Assembly (NCBI GenBank): GCA_000934665.2 | Contig: KZ538372.1 | Coordinates: forward strand, 1 to 64,000 | Length of the DNA stretch: 64,000 nt | Origin: Catajapyx aquilonaris | Lineage: Eukaryota | Reading direction: 5' to 3' | In this document: positions 15,090 to 26,693 of the stretch, piece by piece | Position numbering within the stretch: the stretch's first letter is position 1 | Layout: every line of letters begins with the position of its first letter | Position numbers and translations under genes: made by a program | The notes under the pieces: model-generated | Told to the model about the DNA's origin: nothing | Databases searched by the model: none | The model's input: the letters and a program-made list of their open reading frames with translations, nothing else

Positions 15090-15269
15090 GTGAGTATTGA
15101 AATGTTTCGCTCAATTAACCCTCGCTGTTGGATTTCTGATCGCGCCCGCCTTGATTGCCAGACGGCGGCAATGTCATTTTCCTCGCGCTCGCTTTACAAG
15201 GGTTCAACACACTCCGATATACCTGGGGGCGGGTGAATGGGCACCTGGAAATAACTAAACGTTACTTAC

Positions 15270-15310
15270 CGAGCGTAGACGAACAGCGAGCCTTCGATAT
15301 CCGTCTTTTC
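15270..15310 (-). CDS. DCP1: DCP1 coding exon 2 (41 nt; absent from the ORF track)
   Basis: The minus strand reads tttttttctgtacttgcag|GAAAAGACGGATATCGAAGGCTCGCTGTTCGTCTACGCTCG|gtaagt, encoding EKTDIEGSLFVYA(R). This is the Dcp1 EKTDIEGTLFVY motif and continues exon 1 in frame, with canonical acceptor and donor. Confidence 0.93.
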
Positions 15311-18300
15311 CTGCAAGTACAGAAAAAAATGGAGGAGTCATTACTTTTATGGGAACCTACGTCAAATTAACATCGACTGACATTCACGGGGAGGATGCGG
15401 TGCATGCGCACAATGCGAGAGGCGACAATGTCCGCAGTCTCATTACGAAACAATATTGCATTTTCTTATACAATGCGCCGGCAGGAGCACTCCTTTTCAT
15501 TTAGGGAGTGGGGAGGGGGGAGGGGGGTCACAGGGGAGAGAAATATAATCGTATATATCACGCTTGAATAAGTCCGCTCCCGAGTGGGTAACAGCACTAA
15601 AGAACCCCCAGGTGGCATTAAGCCAGCCATCCCTTATCACTTCCTAATTTTTTGTGCTGCAACCGAGTTAAACGTCCAATGAAATTGCACTGAGATAAGC
15701 GAGATCAAAGGTTACTTTTATGATGCACACGATTTAATTACGACCTTTGCGACATGCCGGGGGAGAGCTTCCACCAAGCAATCCGGAAAAATTAAGGGGG
15801 AACACAATAATTGCGAGAAAAAAAACTGTACTGCATCGCTTTCGATAATTAATCCGCTTCAGTTGAGCAACCAGCCGAGCGGAATTTTGAATTTCTGCAT
15901 GACGTACGGGTGCGTCCCCAACTTTTGTCAACTACAGAGGGGTTGTCGCCTTTTTCTTCTCGTGCCGGCGAGAGATGCTCTTGCTAGCACGGAACTAGGC
16001 AATGTGCATTGTCTTCTCGGAGCAGGGACAGATCAATAGGTTCCTAGGCAGATAATTGGAGAGTGAACACCGCAGAATCAATACGAGAGGGTTTACCTGA
16101 TACCAAGCAAGCTTGACTTGATTTGTCTTCAGCCCCCTTTTGCATGACCTAATGCAATCATCGTTAGGAGTTCTCCGCGTGTGCACCTTGTCTGAAGCCG
16201 AGCAGGCGTGTACGGGTGACCAGGAGCAGAGGACACGCGTCAATATTTACTGCTTTGCACACCCTTCGGTAATGACGGCCAGAAAGTTCTTAATTGGCGA
16301 GCATGAAAGTTGGCGGGATGTTTGCGCTTTTACCCCCTTCTGAAAGGCGTGAAACAGAGAAGACCCAGCAGGCCGGAAAGAATGTGATTTTCTGCCGCAG
16401 AAAACTGGCAGTCGCGTGGAAAAATGCTGATGCCATGTCAGACACAACAAGCGTCAACGCCCTGACCGAATTTTTGTAAAAAATAATCCTACACCAAGTG
16501 TCTTAAGCCGCACTTCCTTATTCATCCTCAGGAATCGCACAGGTTTGTCCCACCATGCATGAAAAAGCGGAAAAAAACAGACCTGGGAGTTAGAAATAAA
16601 TAAAGCAGGATACACGTAGCGTCGTCTGCTTCGAGGAAATCCCAGACCTCATGCCGACCTCCCAAGGAAATGTGTCCCAAAGGCATAATGATGCTCATTC
16701 TCTCACACGAGAGCAATTCCTACAAAACGACTCGCCTGGTTGGAATTCCAACATTTCCCTGCTTTACCTCACCTTAAGCCAATACTGTTGCTCGCAAGCA
16801 CGGTAAATCCCTTCGGAATTACCGGATATACCAAAGCCAGATTCTTCCCTCCAATGACCATGAGACGATACAGCTTCCTTCGCAACGTGATGAAGCCAAG
16901 CAGGCTCTTCGTTAAAGGACACATTTCCATAAAAACAAGGCCCTCCCAACACTGACTGTTCTCATTAGTCGCCCGTGACAAATTACTCTCTCCTGAGAAT
17001 TTCCGCCATATTAACTCGACTTTTCGACTGCTGCCCGGGCTAGGTCAAACTTTTGCCTATAGGGTTCCTAAAAAAAAAAAAAATGCTTTTGCACCGAAAA
17101 CCTACCAGAGAGTCTGAAGCCTGGCGCGACCTCCGCAGCATTAATTTATCCCGAAACAAAAGGGGGTTGTTCCCAACCATCAAAAGCTTCCCTAATCCCT
17201 TTGAAATGCCTAATGGTATGGCACTGAATTTGATCTGCAGGCCCCCGTCGGAGTCGCTGGATTATGTCTAATACAGTCCGAGCCCGCTTTTTATTCGACA
17301 TTAGGTCAGTTCTGCGCCAAATCCCCGTCCAATCCACTTTCGCGCCAGAAAGTTGAGACCGTTTCACAAGCAGATTCATATGATCCTGGTTAATCCGCCT
17401 GGAATAATACTAAAACGTCAACTGATATATTCTCCCCTCCTCCCCCATGCGAATGATGATCCAAAACCACCGGTAGCGATTACCGATATATTAATTAACA
17501 GCCGGTAATTAAAATCATATAGCCGTGGTTTTAAACAGCTGCCTACTATTTCATTGTGCATGACTGGCGCCTTATCTAGAGTCTCAGCTTCATAACTAGA
17601 GAAGACATAAATTACGCTTGGGACACCCCGCAAGTCCAAAAGTTGAGCAAGTTTCTTTCCCGCCTCTGCTTTCTTGGAGGAGCCTTCCTTTCTTGACTCC
17701 GAAATGTTAGTCCCGGGTGGCTCACAACCCCTCGCAGGATGAAAACTTAATGCGATATAATTGTTGCCAAAGTATGTGACTTTGATACATAAGAAGAGAG
17801 GCCTCTGTGAGGGGAACTCACGCATATCTGGGAAGCCCCTGGGAAAAACTATTTCTAGGTCAGGCATGCGTCACCCTCCATTTGTCATGAGGTCAAAATT
17901 GCTGGTGTATGCAGCATTGCGTTAAAAAAACAAAAAAAGTCCAGATCTGTGCAATGTACTTATGGAACAAATGGATGTATCAGCAATAATTAGGCAATTT
18001 CCTGCAAGCCAATAAAAAACAACCAGCCACACTGGCAATTCATTTTTCCGCAATCGCATTCACTTGTCCAACAATAGTGTGGGTCTCGGGACCACAGCAT
18101 GTAGATTAGATGACCCCCATTGATTTTCCAACTAATTTTGTTAACATTGTTTTCCACTCTGTTCAGTGGCGGTGCAACCTTTTTTTCCGGGGTGATCCAA
18201 TCATGGATCTTCATTATTTGTTCTCCTTAAAAAATCAATCAAATTAGGCTTACCATTCACTGAATTATTAGTTCCGCTACAGTACCATACTTTTCACAGT

Positions 18301-20318
18301 CCAGTTCATTAGCCCCCATTGTCTGGCAATGGTAATCACTTCGGCACAAAAATCCCTCTCGACTTCTCCCTATCCCTTCCGAACTTCCAAGTAGGCCTAT
18401 TGGCCATTTTTTCCATCAAGTTCTAATATTTTATCCCCTTCACAAACTCGCGGTGATCAAGTCTAGTTATTGAACATAGAAAAGAAATTTATTAGCTGGT
18501 TATCACTGCCCCCTTGACGATCGTATAAAGACTTGTGCAACTGAATTATGAATAAGCCAGTCGCAAATAACAAGCAATTTCCATACATTACTTCATCTCA
18601 CCTCGGGTATGGTCAATTTATTGCTGTTGACATTTCCAAACCACTGTTTTATCTGCCATGGCAAAACATGCATAGGACAGTGCATGCCATGAAGCATTTA
18701 TAATGCAAATATTTGACACAAACATGGAACACTACACAGCAAGAACTATGAGCTTGTTGGCTCAGTCTGACCAATCTGCAGGGAAAAAACAAATATGTGG
18801 AGAGATAAAAAATGCTCTAATCAGTAGAGTGCGTAAATAAGCTTCATATATTACAATGGGAGTACAAGGGAACGTATTACACGGTTAAAAGCAGTTGTTG
18901 TGCCTGGGCACAACTCATTTCAGCGACATTGATCGAGTCTGAATTGTCCAGAATATTGACATTGTTTGGATTAATGCATTGTCCGTCAGATTGGAAATAT
19001 GTTGGCAGAGGAAACCTTATATTGCTTGTAAATTACCATTAGTGTTCTCTGCAGTGCAACCATAGTGGCATAGAAGCCACACATGATATGTGTCACTCAT
19101 ACAGATAAACTTGTGAATAAGAGTGGCATTTGTCTAACAAGCATGTAGGGTCAATCCCTTCCTGATATCATCTGATCTGATAATAAATTGGGTCAACATT
19201 GTGCATCAGGAGGACTTTTATCTGTACATAACAAACAACATACGTTGAACTATGAAATCATTATTCAGAAATTATTTCTCTAATACAACAGACCATATGG
19301 TGAATTCTCAAAAGCGACTTTCAAGCCATAGGACCCATTGAGGAGCTCTATTTAACTTGTGCATAATCCACATATTTCCATTCGCTGATTGAGGAGTATA
19401 TTAAACAGAAAGGACAGGAATTTTTCGTGTATGACTAGTGCAATTTCCATTATGCTGATAGCGGTTATGCTGATACCATGAGAAGTCGCACCCTAGTAGC
19501 AATTTATTGTGATACTGATTCCAGCATTCCCAAAAAGTGCATTTATTACGGATGCAATGTATAGAATGTATTAAGCACTTCTGGCACTCTAAACATGTTC
19601 GGTGAGGATGTAGTGAATTTGCACTGGCTTGGAAGGTGTTTCAAGTCCAGCAAAGCCACATGGCAACACTGGCAGTTACAGCCTTGGCCGTTCTGCCAAC
19701 TTCTACAAAATGTGACTGGAATTACGCTGCAATTTTCTGGACCTACAGACTAGGTAAACACTATACAGTTTGCAAACTGTTGAAAAAGGAAAACCTAACT
19801 TGAAAATTTGCTGTTGAATAAATGCTGCAAATATTGTGTTGATGCTTGTCAACTCCTGGACTTCATTTATTTTTCCAATCTGCAATCTTGTCATCCAATA
19901 TTGCTCCAAAGCAGTTAGTGAATGGAAACAGTGTCAAAATGGCAATGGCAGGGTGTTGGCAAAAATGCTAAAAATATCCCAATTTAGATTGTGTGTCAAT
20001 AAAACTGCTTTATAAAATCAACTACTTTTGGAATTATCGATTAAGCAATATTGACATTATTCTCACATGCCAGAAGTGTTATGCACATTTTTTATTGAAT
20101 TTCTGCTGCATGATTGCTTTGATGCACATATAAATACCCGTTTTACTTACCTCATTGGGCATCAATTTCAACCTTCATCCACGTGACCATTATTATTGTG
20201 GTACTCTCTTTGCAACCACATAATAAAATATATTTTTTATGATGCCTGAGAAAATTCTCCATGACTGATCCATTTAACAACAAATATTAGCTAACTTGGG
20301 GCAGATTGTACTCTATTA

Positions 20319-20491
20319 TAGTGAAACAATTCTATAATGGACCTCCCTGGATACAGTAGAAATGCTGCAATTATTTTAGTTTGTTCCCAGTGGAGGATTT
20401 CAATGCATTGTATTTGTTGCATGTAATAAACACCTATTCAGTGTGTTTAAAAAAAATACTACTATTAATATGTTACAGACCAGTTTCACTG
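20319..20491. mobile_element. Possible degenerate TA-flanked MITE (Tc1/pogo-like ends)
   Basis: The left end tAGTGAAACaattctataa resembles the reverse complement of the right end, cAGTGAAACtggtctgtaa. The match is only partial. Confidence 0.3.
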
Positions 20492-20574
20492 TGAAATATC
20501 AAATATGAAAGTGTGGTATGAAAAGTGCCTTTTAACCTAACTTTATACATGTGGCACTAATAGAAATGAATATA

Positions 20575-21329
20575 CAGGGTGGCGCATATTTATGTATATG
20601 ACGTTTCATTTCGGCTGTAGCATTTAAACTACTGCGTGGAAGGCATGGAAAGCATCGAAAGTGGCATCACTGTGTAGCCTGAGATTGGGATTAACGATAC
20701 GCTGCATCGGAAAATCCCCCCATTGTTGTGATAGGGAATGGCAGCGAATCAATTGTCAGAGCAATTGTTGGAGCAGTGGGTACGTTGTGTGCATTTATAC
20801 TCCGTTACAAACAATTATGCAGAGGTAAAATGAAGGATGGCAGCTGAGTTTGGAAGCAGTGGCCCGAGAGTGCTAACCATCACAAGGGTAAACGCAAAAT
20901 TTGACGCCATCAGCACTGTCTTTAAAGCGAAGGGAGCAGGTAGGCCAAGGAGTGTGCATACTGATCACAACAAAGCTCTTGTGGTGAATGCCTGAGAAGC
21001 TGAAATCACAGCAGTGTGTCCAGCACGCTGAACATTCCTCGCAGAATCACTGCAGAAAATAAAGAAGGGTCTGAACTGAAAGCCGTATCACCCTCATTTG
21101 CTTAGTGCTCTCAATAAGGATGACATGGATCGAGGCATGTGCAGTTCGCAGGCATATAGTTTGGAATGATGAAGGAAAATCCAGGTTTAGATTCATTTGG
21201 ACAGATGAAGTCAAATTCACGGGCTTCTGGTACATCGAATCAACAAAGTCACTGCCTCCAAACTAAGCTTCCATCCTTTGTTTCCATGCAGCCTTTGAAA
21301 CATCATATACATAAATATGTGCCACCCTG
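20575..21329 (+). mobile_element. Internally deleted Tc1/mariner-superfamily DNA transposon relic with a pseudogenised transposase fragment
   Basis: 34-bp TIRs (20575-20608 and 21296-21329, 2 mismatches) begin CAGGGTG, with TA on the left flank and TG on the right. From 20738 it reads MAANQLSEQLLEQWVRCVHLYSVTNNYAEVK*RMAAEFGSSGPRVLTITRVNAKFDAISTVFKAKGAGRPRSVHT, an HTH region with the GRPR motif. FIWTDEVKF at 21192-21218 resembles the first catalytic-Asp motif. Confidence 0.88.
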
Positions 21330-23916
21330 TGCTTAATCACAGTATGTTAACATGTAACATTATTTCGTAAAATTTGAAAATGTACCTTTGAAAGGGGAGG
21401 ATAGTTTTATTGCAATGAAGATGTGCATATTTTCTTACCAACTACAGGTATAAAACCCAAGTTTTACATTAGCAATTATGTACCACCTTCCATGAACATA
21501 CATCTGAACAGAAAATTGTTTCTTAATTTTACCAGAGAGGAAAATTCTACCAAGACAAGGTGATGAGACTACAAGTGAACTTATTGACAAGCCCACATTG
21601 CACCTGAAGTGGCCACAACATTCTCAAAAGGATAACGAATGTTTTTAATATCTGGAAGCTAAAGGGGCCCAGATCACGACATTTTCAGCAAGAAAATTAT
21701 GAAACACTGAATTATTTTTTTTTGCAGTATATGCTCTTTCATGCGTTGAACAACCTTAGAGCTTAGGCTTCACTTTATGCATCATTGCCAGAATACTTTT
21801 AAATATATCCTCTAAACAATCCGTGCATTCCAGATTCCAATACAAAATATTTAAAATGTCATAACATTTTTAACAATGTAAACTTTTACCATGCTGGGCA
21901 CCTTACTACTTTGAACTCAAAGCAGTGGTATTGCATGCATGTGCAATTGATCTTGCCAGTTCATGTTGCAACCATTCTTTTACAGAGTGAATTACATTAT
22001 CTCAGGCATGCAGTATGCTGCTGTCATGCACTGAATAGTTCCTTTAAATTGATCATATCAAGAGCTATCATATCTAATAATCACACAGGGTAAGCAATAG
22101 CACCGCTATTATTACTTTGCAATAACCCAATAGCACCTGAAAGCTTGGGAATTTTTCTCTTTGTTTATGGCTATTGATCCTCTCACTGGCCATTATGCAG
22201 GTCAAATTGCAGTCGCACACTTTAGAACTAAGCAGGGAACTGCATTATTTCATATTTTTCTCTCACTAATAATTACTGTAACCAATTCCATAACAAGCCT
22301 AGATATGTCTACAATGACCAGTATTTTCCAATAATAGTGGTTGCAGAAAAATGACCCCACAAATTCATGCAAATACATGAAGGCGTGCCAAGTTTTGCTA
22401 GACTGACAAGCATAGCAGTTTGCTTTCAAAAAATCTCATAACATATCCAGGAGCTTGACACTGCCTGAATGCAGCCAAAAAAAGGCATTCTCAGAGCATG
22501 TTTCAGAAATGTCAATTGTTGGAAATATTTATTAGGTTATTATTCCTTCCCCAAAGTAGTATTATTGACCTGAAAAGCAAACCAGTCAACGAAAGGCTGG
22601 CTTATCTCGTACGATCAATGAAAAAATTCCTACCATGTTCAGCATGTTCCCAAGGTACCAATATTACTGATAGTGTGAAACTTGGCAATGATAATTCCAA
22701 ATTATTTAAAAGTTTTAGTCTAACCAAATTTTTCAAATGCTAGGGATGCACTTGGCAGGCCCTCCAATTAGAGTCTTGAGCTTATAATGCACAATCAATG
22801 TTTTCTTTGTATTCAATTATCATTAAAGTACCTGTTTCACATGCAGTATGACCTAAATTCAGCAGCATCCCTTAAAAAAATGATTCATCAATAAAATGCT
22901 GGTTTAAAATGGTTCATTTTCGGTTGTATTGAAAAGAGACTGGTCTGAAGGTAGTGTTTACAGGCAAAAGCATATTGGAAAACTGAAAGTTATCACTCGA
23001 CTCGCTACAGCAATGTCTGGAAATTTGTATACATTATAATATCAAAGTGTAAAAATATCTCATGGTAGTGCAATACTCAATATCAATGACGATATCTCAG
23101 AATCTACAATGGGAACCACTGCAAGAATTACATTGCTTATTTAGGGGAAAAGTAATCTGGTACCTTGGTTCATCCAAAAATTAGTCGTATCTTTTCACAT
23201 AAAATGTAAATGTGTCTTGCCGTAGTCAACATAATCGTAGCATGACAGCTTGCACCACACCTGGTACTATTTTCCTCGTGTTTTTCATCATGTAAGCAAT
23301 TTTACTAGTTAGCAATTAGAGATTAGAAAATAATTCATTCATTTACATGACGGCATAATCCCAGACACGGGGTAGCCAGCGACGACTAGAAGTGTATACA
23401 CCTAGTCATCTCGTATGACCATCACAATGGATCTTCTGGTGACTGGTCAGGCCACCCAGAAGATAATAGAAAATAATAATAATAATTTATAGCTAATAAT
23501 CACCCGGAATACATCATAATACGCCAGGCAATACCAACCAGCCTGACACGCTCAGAAGCAGTTTTCCTGAGGAGGCACCCATCCCATGACAACCATCCTA
23601 CACCTGTCAATGCATCAGTCCTGCCAAAAACGACCAATTTCCAACCCTCCCACACTGCAACCCTGCAGTTTGAGACCTGTCATAAGCCTGTCAGTCACTC
23701 CTCCGAGTCTCCTGACCTTCCCAAACACCCTCTAAAAAGATGAACGACCCCGCCCCGAGCCCCCCATTGAAATAGAACCCCTCCCAGTGAGATCCCCAGG
23801 ACCGCAGCACGCAAAAAAAGAACAGAGCGAGAGGCTAGAGAGACTAGGCCCCGCTCTATCGAACAACCACCCAGTTTTCGACCCTTCTCTCCACCGCCAG
23901 AGACCCGCAGACTCAC

Positions 23917-24045
23917 CCAAGCGTTGGCCTGTGCATCGAACTTGTACATGGCGACCTGCGTGGCCGTTCCCAGGATCTGGGTGATGTTTGGATCCACCCT
24001 TCTCAAGGCGGCCAAGTTCATCCTCGATTCCTCAGAGTCCGCCAT
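23917..24045 (-). CDS. DCP1: DCP1 mRNA-decapping enzyme subunit 1, coding exon 1 (43 codons, start of the EVH1 domain)
   Basis: Translates MADSEESRMNLAALRRVDPNITQILGTATQVAMYKFDAQANAW, matching the Dcp1 N-terminus (M-N/S-LAAL-xx-DP...QVA-x-Y-x-F...N-x-W). Start context is AAAG-ATG-GCG. It ends at a canonical phase-0 donor TGG|GTGAGT (23916-23911). Confidence 0.94.
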
Positions 24046-24146
24046 CTTTGATACGACTAAAAGCAGCAGAGTCTGTGTGACGTCACGTGATCCCGGGGAT
24101 TTTGCAAAGGGGGGAGGGGGGAGGGGAGGGGGAGGGAGGGAGGGGG
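24039..24146 (-). promoter_or_regulatory. DCP1 proximal promoter and 5' region: overlapping CRE and E-box, YY1-like motif at the start codon, G-run tract
   Basis: TGACGTCA (24078-24085) overlaps TCACGTGA (24083-24090). AAGATGGCGG spans the ATG on the minus strand. A purine G-run tract lies at 24109-24146 on the plus strand. The surrounding sequence is CpG-rich. Confidence 0.6.
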
Positions 24147-24520
24147 AGTCTGCGCCCCAGCTTCTCTCACGCACCTCAAAAATCGATAAGGGACGCACCC
24201 TCGCCTCTGCTAAATTAATGCACAATTTTCTGACGGCGGGACGTTGTTAATTAATTTAGTTTTTGGCGAGCCGGCTAACGATGTTGTCGGGGGAAAATGC
24301 GCAGGGGTGCCAACCCGTGTGAGGGAAATGGACGAGCAGGGTTGCCAAGTGAAGGGGATGATACGGTACCGTACACATTACAAGGGCTGTAATATATTGA
24401 AGTTCGTGTTGTACTGATATTAAAATTACAGGGTGTTCCAAGTTCGCGGGTCGTTATATCTTTCGAAGTAGTTATTTTTGTGTAGCTTGTTGTGCCTATT
24501 AATTGCTCTGGGATTCGCAA

Positions 24521-24545
24521 TCTATATAAATAAAGCCGTTTGTGA

Positions 24546-24576
<31 letters not shown>

Positions 24577-24791
24577 CACCTGCCAACCGTCATTTGCGTG
24601 CCATCTGTGCTCCACCCCCAGGCCGGGAGAGGATGGAGGTGTTGGGGATTGACTACAGATGGCAAGCAAATGACTGATGGGTGATGGCATTGGTGGCCGG
24701 ACACACAGAAAGACAGACAGTTGACGAGGGTACTGGCAGGTGTTTTCCCTTCATTCATTTCTTCCCGGGCAACGCCAGGTGCCGCAGCTAG
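24521..24791 (+). mobile_element. Non-autonomous Helitron containing a (GTCT)n microsatellite
   Basis: Inserted between A and T with no TSD. The 5' end is TCTATATAAAT, followed by (GTCT)7 from 24546. A subterminal GC-rich hairpin motif CCCGGGCAACGCCAGG (24764-24779) lies 8 nt before the terminal CTAG (24788-24791). Confidence 0.85.
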
Positions 24792-26334
24792 TGTAAAATA
24801 AAATTACAGTAGCTTTTCCCCCCAAAAATAGGCCGAAATGAACACATTCTTTCACTCTTTACCATTATACGTCGCAGAATCTTGCAATTTAGATTCATAT
24901 CGAGTACAAATGTAAAACCTGACGAGTATGATATGTAATTAAGGTATCACTAAGAGAGAATAGGAGCCCACACGTGATTATGCGTTAATTACATTAACAA
25001 AGGTAGAATAGGCCTGATTATGCGAGTGGCCAACCCTTCGGTTCAGGCAGGATGTTGTGGGTATTGTCCTTCTGCCTGTATCCGTGGCAGGTGTGGGGTT
25101 GTTCAGTGTATATAGTACAGTGCAGTAGTCTTGCAATAGGCTATAGAGGGAGGGAAATTCTATTGGGGCAAAAACATAATTTTTGTAACTTTCCGAGGCG
25201 AGGTCTCGAAAAAACTGATTGGACACTGTGGATTTGTAAACTTTTATTTATATTGACGACTAGATGACCTTTTTTTCATTTGTTAACAATACAGTGTTGG
25301 TTTAATCTAAAAACGTTCCTCCTTTATGTTTGAATTTGAAACATTCCATTAGAAACGTCAGAAGTGAGTATTACTAGTCAAATTAATCGGATTTGTATAG
25401 TGCAGTGTGACAAATTATAGCGTTTTACTTCTTCGGCTGAATAATTTTAATACAAATGCTCAAAAAATTGGCTTCTGACCCAATCACTTAGGCAAATCAA
25501 CAATCCGCATTCAATCAGGGCAATATAGATAAGGCAGATTCATTTTCTTAAATATTATTGGTTTCAGTCATAATCAAACCTAGAGTGCTGCCAGTCTAAA
25601 TTGGTAATGGACATAAATATGAACGAGGTTTTGTAAATGTTCAGCTTTTACCATGAAAAATAATTTTCCCAGTTGATTTTTTTTGAAAGGGAAACCTTGT
25701 TTTCGTGACAGTCAAAGGGTGGAATTTTCGTCGCAGTGCAACTAGAATTTCACCCAAAATTTCTAGATTATTTCAAAACTTGTAACTATTACTTCATTTA
25801 TCTCACCACACATCAATTTTTTCAGTTGTCGTTTAGAGAACCAATAGTTCAATAGGATGTTAGGATACGAGTGTCAGTCTTCATAAGTTCACTGGCAGTC
25901 AGCAATTCAGCCATTTTGCCAACTTGAATCAGATTCAACATGCTGTAGGCCTATGATTTCAACTACTAGTAGGCCTATGGAACTGAGCTGAATTTTTGAA
26001 CACATTGCATAATAATTATACAGTTCCTCATTTTTGTTAGCTTTGTCTGAATAGCCGAAACTACAACAACTGCAAAACACAATACTGTACCGGTTACATG
26101 AATTCAGTTATGACTTGCTGTCAGTTTGTGGTAAGTTATAAAAGATTAAAAACCGTGCCCTCAGGCAGATGCTGTGGAGGTAGACTCAACATAATTATTT
26201 TTTAATCATCAGCGGATTGTTAGCATTAGGTTTTCAATTTTCTAGTTTCATAAAGACCGGAGCACATGTCCAACGTAAATAATTAAAAAATAGCTTGAAA
26301 TGAGTGGTTTTTATTTAAAATGCCGGCCACAAAA

Positions 26335-26693
26335 ATTTTTATTTTTATTTTTTATTTTATTGATACCCCGTGCTCGAGCCTTCGGCTCGTTTAGGGGGGT
26401 GGTAGACCACCATACAGTTTTTCAATTAACTTCAATCTCCGTGCAAGGAATACTAGGATATAGGGTATATAGGGAAAGGGATTGTTGGGGAGGGGACACT
26501 TGTGCAGGTGCATTGTCCTATGGCTTTTGGGCCATGTGCAGTCCCCCAGGAGGTTAGGTTGCCAGACACCTCCTTGGTGCAGGTCAGAGACCCTCCTGAC
26601 GCAGGTGAAAGGAAGTTCCCCAGGCGGGGATCGAACCTGGGGCCTTTCACTCAGCAAGCCGAGACGTTACCATCACGGCCACCACACCTCCCC
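26335..26693 (-). mobile_element. tRNA-derived SINE (tRNA-Ala-like head), full length with TSD
   Basis: The minus-strand head has an A box (TGGCCGTGATGG) and a B box (GGTTCGATCCC). It has a 3' stem-loop CGAGCC-GAA-GGCTCG, an A-rich (TAAAA)n tail, and a 12-bp TSD CCGGCCACAAAA at 26323-26334 and 26694-26705. Confidence 0.88.

Larger units (their letters stand above)
1..15269 (-). other. DCP1: DCP1 intron 2 (partial; probably runs off the left edge)
   Basis: Starts at the donor GTAAGT (15269-15264). I found no sequence encoding the expected next exon (NRL...EPI...PFLLY) in 1-15269 by eye. Confidence 0.6.
15311..23916 (-). other. DCP1: DCP1 intron 1 (GT-AG, phase 0, 8606 nt)
   Basis: Bounded by GTGAGT at 23916 and a polypyrimidine tract plus CAG at 15311. 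Joining the two exons gives the continuous sequence ...NAW|EKTD... Confidence 0.88.

Noticed and set aside
23695..24225. 176-aa ORF taken as a complete protein
   Set aside because: Only 24045-23917 is DCP1-like. The flanks are promoter and intron sequence read through in frame.
24428..24445. Isolated TACAGGGTG or CACCCTG Tc1-like ends (also near 29252, 39288 and 56592)
   Set aside because: I found no partner TIR, so element boundaries cannot be supported.
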